64,000 nt of DNA. It comes from Patellaria atrata CBS 101060. Its lineage: Eukaryota. The notes under the pieces were generated by a model. It ran no database searches and was not told the DNA's origin. It saw only the letters and a program-made list of their open reading frames with translations. This document shows, piece after piece, positions 49,026 to 64,000 of the stretch; position 1 is the first letter of the stretch, and every line of letters begins with the position of its first letter. Location: positions 1,081,817 to 1,145,816 of the forward strand of contig MU006090.1 of the NCBI GenBank assembly GCA_010093705.1, read 5' to 3'. A program made the translations under genes and the position numbers.

Positions 49026-50784
49026 TCATTTTTTTGGTCTTTTAGGTGCGACTGAGGTTACTACCTTATTCAGATCATGCGAGCCCAAATCCACGTGCTT
49101 ATATCTGACTGAACAAGTGAGATTCTGTAATTCCCGCGGGATCTTCTTTTGGGGTATTTTGATTCTCATCGTAGGGAGAGCAATGACTCTCTCCCGTCCG
49201 CCCTCATCCTTAGCAACAATAGCGGGAAGAGTAAAGCGACCCTTAGCAGGGCAGAACTCTCCCAGAATGGCCTTTACAGTTTTCCGCTGCTTGGGATTAA
49301 AACATGCGTAGAATCTCTCCGCGTCTTCTTTTCGAAATCTTCGGATCTTCACTTCAAGCTGTTCGGATACATTATGCAAAAGTATCCAAAATCTTCCATC
49401 CCAGAGGTGGTATGACCGTTGCAAAAGGTCAGAATGAGTAAGTTCGGGAGCTTCTCCGTTCTCCATGGGAATGCGAGCCGTAAGTCGCCACGTATTTTCA
49501 CCAAGTGGAGTGAATTGTACACCGCTTACAAGGAAAATTTGACTTTGTTGAGTATGGTTCTTCTCAGTTGGCTCGAGAAGATCCTGCGGTAAGAATCGCG
49601 GTACAGCACTGACAAGATTTGGAAGAAGTATGGATTCCGTAGGCGTGATGAGACGGACTAGTCTTCTGAGAAGTGCAGCTGTCACTTTGAACCACCCACG
49701 ATAGTGGTGCTCGCCGTCCTTACCAGTTGTGCTGCTAATCATTCGAAACACATCGGCCGGAACTTCTAGATTCAACGTCCCAGAAGAGATGTTAAGCGAA
49801 ATTTTACATCCATTGAAGCATTCCTGGGCCTTTTCTTCTACTCTCTGTTCCATCTCTGCAGCTCTTTTAGAGATTTCGATCAACGATCTTTTCCTGAGGG
49901 CGACCGGGAGCAGTTCAGAACTTTCGGCCTCGGTCCTAGCTTTACTTGGAGAGAGAATAAATCGGACTGCATTTCGTAATGTCAAGGTAGGGTCTGCATT
50001 TGTTGCATCCTCAACCCAGGGCATTTTTGCAGCCCTACAAGTATCTTGAAGTTCGATCTTCGAATATGCTAACAAAGGTCTCAGTATCTGCACTCCCTTA
50101 TCCGCAATGCCAAATTCATGTCCCAATGAGGAGATCGTTGGGATCTGGTGGACCATGGGTACTCCATTACACTCCGGAATATCTGATATCTCTTGCATAG
50201 CTCGTAGGCCAAATCCAAATCTCCTGTTCAAGAGCCGCGAGAAGACTGTCTCTGCTTGGTCATCGTTATGGTGTGCTAGAAGGAGTGACTTTATGCCATG
50301 GTTTGCGCAAGCTCTTCCCAACACATCATATCTCGCTTTACGTGCTTCTTGTTCGAATGTACGGGAAGAGGTAGGCTCGTAACCATTTGGCCATTGTATT
50401 GTTAAGACCTCGGCAGGTAGACCTGCTTCCTATTTAAAATTCGAATCATAAATGCTCTTCACAGCTCGAACTTACCAATTCCCTGCAATTCCTTCGCAAC
50501 CCACTGAGCTTCCAAATGGCTGTCTTTACGGGCTCGATGGTCAACAATGAACGGCGTGTAAGTGGATCGGTAGAGCGGATCTTGACTACACAAAAGAGCC
50601 AAAGCCATAGAATCAACTCCACCACTTATAGCAAGCCCTTGATTCGAGTATGAGCTCGCGTTCGTTCATTGCGCAGAGAGACAGATATAGTACCTATTTT
50701 CGCAGGCCATGGTGCCTTTGAAACCGTCAGAAGGGTACGTAGCTTTTGAACAAAAGCCTCAGGACTAATTGCTCTAGCCGACAT
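49026..50784 (-). CDS. tilS: PP-loop ATPase, tRNA(Ile)-lysidine synthase (TilS/MesJ)-like, 3 exons
   Basis: Spliced GLAISGGVDSMALA, IVDHRAR, ARKARY, AHHNDDQAET, ILRPLL, WVEDATN...RNAVR. Confidence 0.85.
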
Positions 50785-51087
50785 GCCATAGTTTTCCGAT
50801 CCTCGAGTCAGCTCCGCCAGCACATGAAACAGATGAATGTTATCGTTGCAAAGGCAAGCTTCCCGTCAAAATCAACCCCTTAGCCCTAGCTCCGAAGCAA
50901 GCTATCCCGTCGGATCCTCAATCCTCGGCCCGTGCGCTCTTCTCGAAATTTCTTAGGAAGCAACCATCTGTAAACCATCAACATCCGCAAACTCTTCCTT
51001 TCAATTGCCAATTCAAATTCAAACACAAACCTCACAATACCCATCCCATCAAAATCTCCCTCTCTTCTCATCCCGTACCTTTTCAAA

Positions 51088-51557
51088 ATGGTATCTCCAC
51101 TACCTATTACCTCGGCGCATCGATAACTAACCCACTCCAGACCACCGCACTCAAATCCATCCGCGCCCTCGCCCCTTTACTCGATCGCGTGCTTGTTCAG
51201 CGCGTCAAAGCTGAAGCTAAGACTGCCGGTGGACTATTCCTGCCTGAGAGCTCTGTGAAGGAGCTCAATGAGGCGAAGGTGTTGGCCGTCGGCCCAGGTG
51301 GACTGGATCGTGATGGGAAGAGGATACCTATGAGTGTGCAGGCGGGAGATAAGGTTTTGATCCCGCAGGTATGTTTCATGCATGAGATAGATACGTGTTG
51401 GGTTGGTTGGCTAATGGAATTTCAGTACGGCGGAAGCCCAATTAAGGTTGGAGAAGAGGAGTATTCGCTTTTCAGGGATCATGAGTAAGTATCTGGTCTC
51501 TAATAAGTTTGAATATGCTAATGAAGGTATAGGGTTCTTGCTAAGATCAACGAATAA
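51088..51557 (+). CDS. HSP10: Mitochondrial 10-kDa co-chaperonin, 4 exons
   Basis: PLLDRVLVQR...KTAGGLFLPE...VLAVGPG...GDKVLIPQYGG; intron directly after the ATG; ends LAKINE*. Confidence 0.96.
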
Positions 51558-51961
51558 AAAGATATTGTAAGAATATTTTTGGCCAATTGTTCACCGTTGG
51601 TGTACAAAAATCAGGCAAAAAAGCGGAGGCGTTTAGATATCAGGAGCATTTGTAGCATTTTAGCAGCTTCAATTCTCCGTGTAATTAGGTCTACCACATA
51701 ATTGATCTCAGCTCTTCAACAATCGACACAACATCACGGTGATTCAACGGCACTGATAATTAGATTTACGGCATTCCACTACTTTAGCTGCATTATCATA
51801 ACATGTCATCAGGAAATATTTCCTAGCTTGAGCCCGAATGTTATGCCGGTGAGGAGCATTTTATACCAATGAGGAGGGGCTAGGAGACGGTGAAAGAAGA
51901 GTCTGCCGGAACACCAGGACAAATGCCTTCCAAGCTAGCCAAAGGAAGAAAGTCGTATCCA

Positions 51962-52893
51962 TTAAACTTCCTCGATTTTCGGTTTCGCAGTGGATGCATC
52001 CTTCGCTGAGGCCGCCTTGTTGTAATCTTCAAGTGCTGGCATTTCGTCGTCATCCTCGTCATCACCCTCATCATCACCAGCCATATCACCACCCATATCG
52101 CCAAGGTCACCCAAGTCGGGCATGCCTCCAGCTCCACCCAGCTTGGAGAAGTCGATACCTCCAAAGCCGCCGTCACCACCCATTGCTGGGTTCATCTTGC
52201 TCATGTAGTCGTCGTCTTCCGGAGCAGCGTTCTGCTCATCCTCGTCTACCCACTGTTGTTGTGTGTTAGTCAAGTTCAAACGATGAGCCTTATTTCAAGC
52301 ACCTACCCTATCAAAGTTGGTCTTGAGGAAATGCTGCCTCTTAGAATCCTTGAGTAACCTGGGCCAGTACTCCTCCTTCAATTCCTTCTTTCGTAGAACG
52401 AGTTCAACATCCCTAGCGGTGTGATGAATCTTACTGTTTTCGGGATCGATCTCTGCGTAGAACTCAAGCTCGACATGGTAGGTGACATTCTTAGTGGTTG
52501 AAGTTCCAGTGAAAGTTAGGCCGTTGGGCTTCAGGTCGAGCTTTGCTTCCGACGCTGGAACGTCAGAGACGGAGAGAGTGAGGAGGATGTTGTTCTTCTC
52601 CGCATCGGTGCTAGAAGAGCGTTGCGCCCATAGGACTGTACAATTGCGTTAGTTCTGGTTCAAGCGAGCACGTTTTGACAAAGATGTCAGCAGCTAAATA
52701 GAGCCTCTAGGCAGTAGAACAGCACAAAGTTTGAAAATTTTTGGAAACAATTTCGGGTGTATCTGCTCCCATTCTGGTGGTATGCACTCCTAAACCCTCT
52801 GTAGCAATGGAAGCAGTCGAAGCTCATGAAAGCAACTGTGTCGTTCGAAATTGGTTCTGACGTACCTTCTGGAGTGACCTGTTGAGCAGACAT
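51962..52893 (-). CDS. SBA1: Hsp90 co-chaperone p23 (Sba1/Wos2), 3 exons
   Basis: TPEVLWAQRS, YWPRLLK, FLKTNFDRWVDEDEQ; Gly/Met- and Asp-rich tail ending KIEEV. Confidence 0.93.
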
Positions 52894-53502
52894 AATGAAG
52901 TGTGGTGGTTGTAGTCGTCTTTTGATGAGGTGGTTGGAAAAGTGTTACTTCTTGGTGTATGCGTCGTTCTTGTAAGTTTGAGACTGAAAATTGTGTTTCC
53001 TTAAAAGGAGGAGATCAGTTAAAATGGCAATCACTGCTGGGTTGAAAGTTTCAGTGAGTTACAGATGCACCTCGCCGCTAGTACAAGGCTGAAGATGTTT
53101 GTAGAAAGCAATCGAAAATGCGGGGAGCTAGATATCGTCCGAAACTTCAAGACACAACTATTCCGGGCTGGTTGTACGTACCTGGACCAAGACCTGAGTA
53201 CGGTTTACCACTCTGGTGTTATTGTATGATCGAAGGATTATGAACAATGGAGGCGGAGAGGCGGTGTTCTTGCTGTCAACAGGCTGCAGAAAGTGATTCC
53301 ATTTCAATGACATCCAATGTCGCTTGTGACTTTGTGGTCCGAGCTGTCCCTGATCTCAACTTGTCCCGCAGCCAGCTCCAATATCTACCTACTCCCGCCA
53401 TAGCATTACCTTAGAAACACCTACAAGTCTTTTGAACCCAAGCACCTTGTCTGTCTTCTCCCATAATTAACTACCCGACAACGTCCCTCGTTTCTGCCCG
53501 CC

Positions 53503-54237
53503 ATGGAGACTGTCAAAGCCATTTTCTGGAAACCCGATCCAGAAGCGCAGGTCTGCCTCCCCACACCAGCGCCGGTTACCTATGACGACTACTAACCTTG
53601 CCATCAGAAACGGAAGTGTAATGCACTCGTTCGTAGCAATGTCCGGAAGCTCGATCGGGATATACAGCAGCTCAAAACCCTCGAAATGAAGACTAAAAAC
53701 TTTATCCTTCAAGCGTCCAAACGCGCCCAAAGAAACCCCTCTCAAGCAAAGCAGGCCGGTCAGGAGACTAGGATATTCGCAAGAGAGCTCATCAGAGTCA
53801 GAAAGCAGAACGCTCGTTTGCAGACGAGCAAGGCCCAGTTACAGAGCGTACAGATGCAGGTTAATGAGGCATTTTCCGTGCGAAAGATCGAGGGTAGCAT
53901 ACGGGCGTCAACGGGCATCATGAAGGACGTAAACAGTCTCGTACGCCTTCCAGAACTCACCGGAACTATGAGAGAGCTTAGCCAGGAACTGGTCAAAGCT
54001 GGCATTATTGAAGAGATGGTGGGCGATATGATGCCCGACGACGAACTGCTAGAAGGGGAAGATGAAGAAGCTGACGCAGAGGTCGACAAAGTTCTAGGCG
54101 AGATCCTCAAGGACAGACTACCTACTCAGAAGCCAGTGGACAACCTCCCGAATCAACCGGAAGAGGAAGAGGAAGAAGAGGACCAGGAAGAAATGTTGGC
54201 CCAAATGAGGGGAAGACTCGAAGCCTTGAAGAGCTAA
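53503..54237 (+). CDS. VPS24: ESCRT-III subunit Vps24/CHMP3, 2 exons
   Basis: METVKAIFWKPDPEAQ|KRKCNALVR; ELVKAGIIEEMV; C-terminal MIM-like MRGRLEALKS. Confidence 0.93.
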
Positions 54238-56199
54238 CGACGATCAGATTACTTGTATCCTCACGTTTAAGACGAAACCTTCATTCTGAAATCACTTGGG
54301 TAAGGTTCATGGCGTAATAGAGGCGTATCGGCGTCTAGGCGTTCTAAGAATATCCTCTGTTAATAGATGCAGAAGAATGGTACCTGGTTCCCGTGGCTTT
54401 CAAACCACCTCTTTTTCTCAAGTTTATGAAGATCTAGACTACGCTAACGCGATAGAGGTAGTGAGAATCCTATGTATAGAGCATTACCTAATAGGATATA
54501 TTATATGGAGGGCTCTGCTTTTCTTTTCATCTTTACAGGAGTCGTACCGGACCTAAATCTTCTTGCATATCGTACAGCATGGATATACTACATGAAATGG
54601 ATATGTACTTCCGCTTCTGTACGGATCTAGGTGTAAGGACTGAGGTATGTTCTTCGTGTCTCTCAAACTGCGATAAAGGAGTTTTTCCGCTATGGCATTT
54701 ATTTGTAGGGAGTACAGTACTAGTAGTACAATATACAACCATGACATATATCCTATCCATTTACGCTCGACGCAATTGATGCTTATGTCATTAATGTGTC
54801 TGCTTATTCCAGTTAAGAATTCTTTTTGGGCACCCTTTAGCGTCCATATATTGAGCTGGAACCCCTTAATGGAAGCCTTGCTGCTGTGCTGCTGCAGTCA
54901 GCACCCACGCGATCGCAGGCAGAGTATTCCCAAGGCCTACCCGAAATATTTATTGCCACGCAAAACGAGTTGATTATTTCGAATACTTATAACTAAGTAT
55001 TAGCATTTCTTGTATATAAAGATTTTAGTACCATTCGATAGATCGTATCGGAATTAGCTACCAGAAGTCTCTCAAAGATAATTCTCGAGCTCTGCGTTGG
55101 ATTAAGATCAAGTTAAACTCAGCCTATTTTAGTGGTTTTGGTGATTGCGGCAGGCAATTTTTCGGGTAGGTCTTGTCCGTAAGTTGCCAATCATGACGAT
55201 GGTTAGATCAATATTTGTCCGCATTTAAACTCGATATGGCTTAAATATCAATCATTCAGCGGGTGATTCCTCTGAATTTCTCTCTGTGGCTTGCCCATGA
55301 TGCCTTTTGGTGTTGGAGTCTTGGAGAGCAATTTCTAGACCTCTCGGTGCATTCTTGGATCTTCCTTGGCGCTCACCTTGATTCAACCACCACCCCCTTC
55401 GCCAACCTATGCCGTCAGCGCCTCGAAGCCTTTTCTCTTTCTTGTCTTCAAGCAGCTCGCCTCTTATCGCTGTGCCGCTATTGAATTTTTCTGCATAACA
55501 AAGCTCTTTGATGGGGAATACAGTAATATCCTTTGCCACGCGAGCACGCGATCATTCCTCCAATTAGGGAGGTGTAAAAGTAGCCCCAGTCGTGTTCACT
55601 TTTGGAGGACAGAGGATTGAGTAAGGGTTGCTATTATTAATGTAGATTCCCTTCATCATTCGGTAGGACAAAATGCTCGACTATTTTCTTATACATGCGA
55701 TATATCGCAGCGAGTCCATCCTTCATTATCTTCTTCATATCAAAGTCTATAGTAGTCTGCCCTGGTATTTCTAGCACCGTAGCACGCGATGACCGATTTC
55801 GAAGCGAAGAGCTGAACCTGGTGGCCGGTTGTTAATTCATGTGTCTCGTTCTGGATTCCCGCTTGTGGCTGAAAGTCTACCGCGTCTGTCATAGTCTGCT
55901 CCATCGCACACGCTTTATCCACTCATAAACTCTGATTAAAGTTGATCAGGGGTCAGTTTTGGTATTCTGATAACTCTATTTTTCTTCCCGACGCTTTGAC
56001 AGCCCGATCATCTCACACATCCTGCCCTACGGGGCTGTAGTCTATAAACTTCTAGGTTAGACTTGATAACATCTCAGCACCCTTAAGGAGGGATTTCCCA
56101 ATCCTATGCCCAGTCTTCAGACTTCAGTTTTCGTCTCACCCAGTCGTTCCCTAATGTCTTGAAGAACTGTCTCTCGTTAAATCTGTCTTTTTAGTCATC

Positions 56200-59100
56200 A
56201 TGCATATATCATATCTTTATCCCGCTGTGTTATTACAGCTGCTCGTTACCTTAATAACCGCAATAGCACCTTCTGATTCCTACAGAGATGCGGACCTTGG
56301 GCAGTCATCCTACCTCGGAGGGGATCATAACATGGACCCTTCCGTGGTGGACAGCCCTCAGTTCGGACAGCTTTGGAAAGTGGCAATGAATCCGAAAGAA
56401 AAGGTAAGGATTCATCTCGATTGCGCTCTAAAAAGGCTCGACGGGGACATAAGACCCTGCATTCATTGCTAAGACACTCGTCACTGATTGGAGTAGTTTT
56501 ACGCAAAACCGCTCGTCTACACTCCCCCGTCCACAGGTGTCCAACTAGTTTTTGTGGCTTCATCTCAGAATTGGATCAGAACTTTGAACGCTAAGACGGG
56601 TGCTATCATCAAAACGCGTCAACTTGGAAACCCGTTTCTACAGACGGAAATGCCCGGCTGCGGCGACATCCCAGAGTCCGTCTATCTCCTATTACAGATT
56701 GAAAGACCTCACTGACATTTTTAGTACGATTGGTATCACCGGAACACCCATTATAGATCCAGCGACTGACATTGCTTATTTCTATGTCAAAACCTACATC
56801 CCGTAAGCCCCCGATTTTTAATACTAGGTATCTTTTCTAACTCATATTAGAAATTATCGAGTTCCTGGTACGAATGGCCTTTTCAACGGCGTCTATTACT
56901 TCTATGCGGTCGATATTAAAACACTGGAGAATATCCCAGGATACCCCATTCTCGTCGATGGTGTCGTAGCTGACAATGATAAACGTAAATATTTTGTCGG
57001 GGGCACGATTTTGCAACGTCCCTCTTTAGTTCAAGTTGGCAACCGCATATATACGGGATTCGGCGGTCACTGCGATAGATTCAACTACACGGGACACATC
57101 GTCGGTGTGGATATCAATGCTAAGAAAGTCGTGGCTAATTGGGTGGTTGAAGCCGGTCCAGGTTCACCCGCCTCCACTGATTATATGTACGGTGCTGGAG
57201 GCGGAGGAGGCGTTTGGCAAGGAGGTATTCCTTTGGCTGTGGATGGGAACCGCTTGATGTTTGTTACCGGAAATGGTGCCGGACACGAGAATCTGGGGTC
57301 ACCTGCTTCTGGCCAAAGTGGATGCCAGACCCTTGGGGAAGCTGCTATAACACTGGAGATTCAATCAGACGGCAAACTTGAAGTGCGCGATTACTTCCAA
57401 CCTTACGATTATATTAATATGGATGGCGGAGATCAAGATTTCGGCTCTGGTGGTATCAGTCTTTTGGACCCAACCGTGTTCAAAGGAACTGGTGTTAGAC
57501 GTATGGCTCTCACAAGCGGCAAGAATGGCAAGATATATGTCTTGAACGCGGATAATCTCGGCGGTTACAAACAAGGTCCTGGTGGAACTGACCTTGTTCT
57601 GCAAACAATTGTTACAAATCAAGCTGTGTTTGGAGGGTCCGGATCTTATCCACTAGAGGGTGGATACTTCTATTCTACGCCAGTTGGCTTACCGACGTCT
57701 GCATACAAATTAGGACATGACGGTTCTGGCAAACCCCAATTTACTCTCGCGGGTGTCTCGCCTGAGAGATCCGCTGGCCGTGTCGGAGTCGGTGTTCCCA
57801 CGATAACAACTTACAAGGGACGAGCAGGAACCGGAATCTTGTGGTTAACCGACCCAGATGGGGGTCTGCGTGCTTGGTATGCTGTACCAGGTCCAGATCA
57901 AAAACTAAAGCCCATCAAACTCCCGCAAGTCAAAGGGGCGAACAAGTTCCAGAGGCCTGTCTTCGGAGACACCAGATTGTACGTCACCGATAACGAGGGA
58001 AGTCTTTACTGCTTAGGGTCCCCTGTTAACTTACCTCTAAACTGTACATCAGTTGATTTTGGTGATGTGCCTTTGGGTTCTTCGAAAACCATGAATGTTA
58101 GTTGCAAGGCCATCATAAACATAAGCTCTGTCAATGGTATGACCACTGGCGATCCAACATTCGTAGTTAAAAACTCTTCTCTACCGCAGGGAGCAGTCCC
58201 TCAAGGAACGGTCTTCACCTTCCCTGTCACCTGGGATCTCACCAATACTACTGTCAGAAACGATGCTAATGCTAGCTACGGAACGACACTCCCCGGTGTG
58301 AAGAGCACACCTCTTACACTCCTCACGACCAATGCTGTTGCAGGTTATGCGACAGTATTCCCTTTGAGTCTGACTGGAAACCAAGTCTCTCAGAGTGCTT
58401 ACCTTAGTTTAACGCCTATCACGGTAGATTTTGGTGGTATCGTGATAGGCGACGAGGGAGAAGCGGAGACAAACTCACTAACTTTCACTATTTCAAACTT
58501 GGGCCGCGCTCCAATGACCGTCTTAGGATATGCCTACACGGATGACGAGACTGATGAACCTGACGCTGATTTTACCAACTCCACGATGACCGACGGAGTG
58601 TGGGACCTTGGTGAAGGGTTTTCCTCCGAAAATTTACCAGAGCTCGGAACTATACTTCAAGCAGGAGAGTCAAGGTCAGTACTCGCAACCTTCGAGGCAG
58701 TAGAGGGGACTGGAGAGTACTTGGCGTACTTCTTCATATATACAGACGGTGGCAACGCCTTCACGATTTTAGAAGGATCCGCATCTACCTCGCCAATTGC
58801 CAGCCTTCAAGTCGGCACCGAGGAAGGCGGTTGGCAACCTGAAAGTGACATCACCATAAGGTTTGGACCCGCAAATCAGGGGCAAGAATTCCGTCGCAAA
58901 GTCCGCCTTTGCAACAAGGGTGGTTCAACTCTTCTGATAACGAAATCGAAACCTCCCGTGGGTATAATCAGATCCGAATACCCAACGATCGATCTTCACG
59001 AAGGCCAGAGCATTCCTGTCAGTGGTTGTGGCAATGCTACCGTCATCTTTAAGCCACCTTACGGTCCTCTCAACCAAAATGATCGTCCTGTGGACGACAC

Positions 59101-60532
59101 GTGGACTCTCAATACCGATGACTTAAACTTCGGAGTGCACCAAATACTAATGACCGGGACTGTAAAGAGTCGTATCGGAGGACCAACATATCCGAATGGT
59201 ACTGCCCGCTATCAATACCTTGGATGTTATCAAGAAGGCGGTCCGACCAGGTTGTTACCCGTAGCCGGATATCCCAGTGGAGCGAATGACAATGCTAAGT
59301 GTATTAACGCCTGCTTTGCGAAAGGGTATGCATTCGCTGGCACAGAGTATCGCAAGGAGTGTTGGTGCGGGAATGGCCAACCTCCAGCAGGATTATACCA
59401 TCCGGAGGCTCAAGGTAGATGTAACTATGAGTGCACATCGGACGCCACACAACCTTGCGGTGGTGACAATGGGCATATCAGTGTTTACTACGACTCCACG
59501 AAATTCGTTGCCAATGCATCGACATACGATCCAAAAGCACCTGGTCAAACGGGTCCTGAGACGGTGCAAGAAATCGGAGACTACAAGTACGTGGGATGTT
59601 ATTCGGAAGTTCCAGGCCAGAGAGCACTTACCGGCAAAACGGTCACTGTCCCGGCAAACATGAACTCTATCGGCTACTGCATGGCTGGCTGTACGGGATT
59701 CAAGTACTTCGGTGTGGAGTACAAGAACGAGTGTTATTGCGGTAATACTATCTACCAGAGCGCAACGTACGTCCCGGGCGATGATCCAGATTCCACCGGC
59801 TGCAACGCCATCTGTGCCGGCAACCAAACGCAGTACTGTGGCGGAGGCTGGAAGCAGAACATCTACCAGCTTAAATCGACGTTGCCGAGCACATCATCAT
59901 CCATTAGCAGCGCGAGTAGCACGCTGTCTTCGAGCAGCTTTTCCTCATCACTTGGTTCCTCCAGTATAACCACCCCCTCCCTTTCTTCCAGCATACCCCC
60001 CACACTCTCAAGCACAACCACCACCTCCCTCCCAACCAGCACCAGTACCCAAACCACCTCCTCCCCGCTCACGACCATGACCACCCTCTCAACCAGCACC
60101 TCAGCCAGCACCTCGACCTCGACAACCCCAACCTCAACCCGCGTCCACGTGCCCCGCATGTCCCCCTGGACCCGCATCGGCTGCTACGCCGAGATCTCCC
60201 GCTCCGTGCGCGCCCTCAACAGCACCGCCACAAACACCGACCTCATGTCCGTCGAGTACTGCGCCAACTTCTGCGCCGCCTACGCCTACATGGGCATGCA
60301 GTACGCGCGCGAGTGCTACTGTGGCAACGGTATCAACCCGCAGAGCAAGGAGCTCACCGCGCTCGAGGGCAACCCCCCTGAGGTCGGCGGCTGCAATATG
60401 CCGTGTAAGGGGAATACAAGGCAATTCTGTGGCGCGGGGTATAGGATCGAGATGTATAAGAAGGACGAGGTAGTGACTCAGAGGAGGAGGAGTTGGTGGA
60501 AGGATGAGCGGGGGGAGTGGGTCAGGGGATGA
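56200..60532 (+). CDS. Large secreted protein: predicted beta-propeller N-terminus, Ig-like beta-sandwich repeats and three WSC domains with a Ser/Thr linker, 4 exons
   Basis: Signal peptide; GITGTPIID and DQDFGSGG propeller-type motifs; VDFG-starting beta-rich repeats; three WSC motifs (YLGCY/YVGCY/IGCY...C...C...G.EY..EC.CGN...C...C.....CGG). Confidence 0.85.
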
Positions 60533-61310
60533 TGGGCTCGTGTTCGCTTGATGGGATTTCTTTTTTTGGGGGATTTGTTGCTCTACTTCTAATAGCGATC
60601 TGTTTTCGAAGGTTTTTTTTTTTTCTTTACTTCAGACCTTCGGCGCGGTTATGTGCATACCCCCTTTTTCGTTAGGTCCGCTACATCATGTCATTTCTGT
60701 ATCAGAGTTTGGAGTATTTGTCAAGAAGGGCGTATGTACGTGAAAGGAATGTAACTGAGATGTCTACCTTCGCTTATGTCTAAAGGTATGGGGATAAGGA
60801 TATAGGGAAATAATTCATAAATCCTAATATTTTTCACCACCAGCTGGATTTCCAGACCAACTTCCGAAGTCCGCATGATCAAGGAATCTTAACATTCATT
60901 ATCATCTTAATTGTTATTTTTTGGAGCGCTCCTTACACAAAAGTTCCCCCAGGAAGAAAAACAAGAGAAGAAAAGGAATCTGAGGTGCAAATATGGCCCC
61001 CGCTTCCATTGCACCTACTCAGCATGCACCACTTCCCAATCCCTACAGTGCAGCAAATGTAAACATCAATCATCTGCGACTAAAGTCGTATGCCGAACGC
61101 GTCGCGATGCTAATATAAGAGCTCGCCTTCAAAGCATCGTGTTAGTCGCGTCAAGACACTCCATCATCACCCTGACCGGCTCCGCGGTCGTATACCATTC
61201 CATCCTAAGGTTCCTTGTACAAGTACATCGTAAGAATTCAGCGCGGGGGACGGTCGATGAGACGACCAGCGCGCAATTGTCGGTTTCGTAGAACGAGCAA
61301 AAGGTCTAAT

Positions 61311-64000
<2,690 letters not shown>

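Noticed and set aside
54296..55922. Short ORFs between VPS24 and the WSC gene
   Set aside because: No recognisable protein features; likely UTR or intergenic sequence.
59880..60140. Low-complexity ACC/AGC/TCC-rich tract
   Set aside because: Encodes the Ser/Thr linker of the WSC protein; not a separate repeat element.

Overview
Gene-dense, intron-containing genomic window from a filamentous ascomycete (Pezizomycotina; short GT-AG introns with CTRAY branch points). About 25 protein-coding loci can be read. Most are housekeeping genes: cyclin C/SSN8, Ca-binding mitochondrial carrier, SYN8, ELC1, MED19, RAD10, DPP3, RRP42, an IME2-like kinase, ORC6, TilS-like, HSP10, p23/SBA1, VPS24 and the 3' part of PKC1. 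Accessory-looking genes lie among them: an O-methyltransferase, a Zn2Cys6 regulator divergent from an MpaB-like oxygenase, a BTB pseudogene, a HET-C family gene and a large secreted WSC protein. The most unusual part is a three-gene block at 36.6-42.3 kb between the IME2-like kinase and ORC6/HET-C. It holds a CorA-like membrane protein, a divergent multi-exon double zinc-ribbon gene only partly captured by the ORF track, and an intronless 786-aa protein ending in a domain that resembles bacterial HicA RNase toxins. All product calls come from motif recognition by eye; no database searches were run. No tRNA, rRNA, CRISPR array or intact transposon was recognised.
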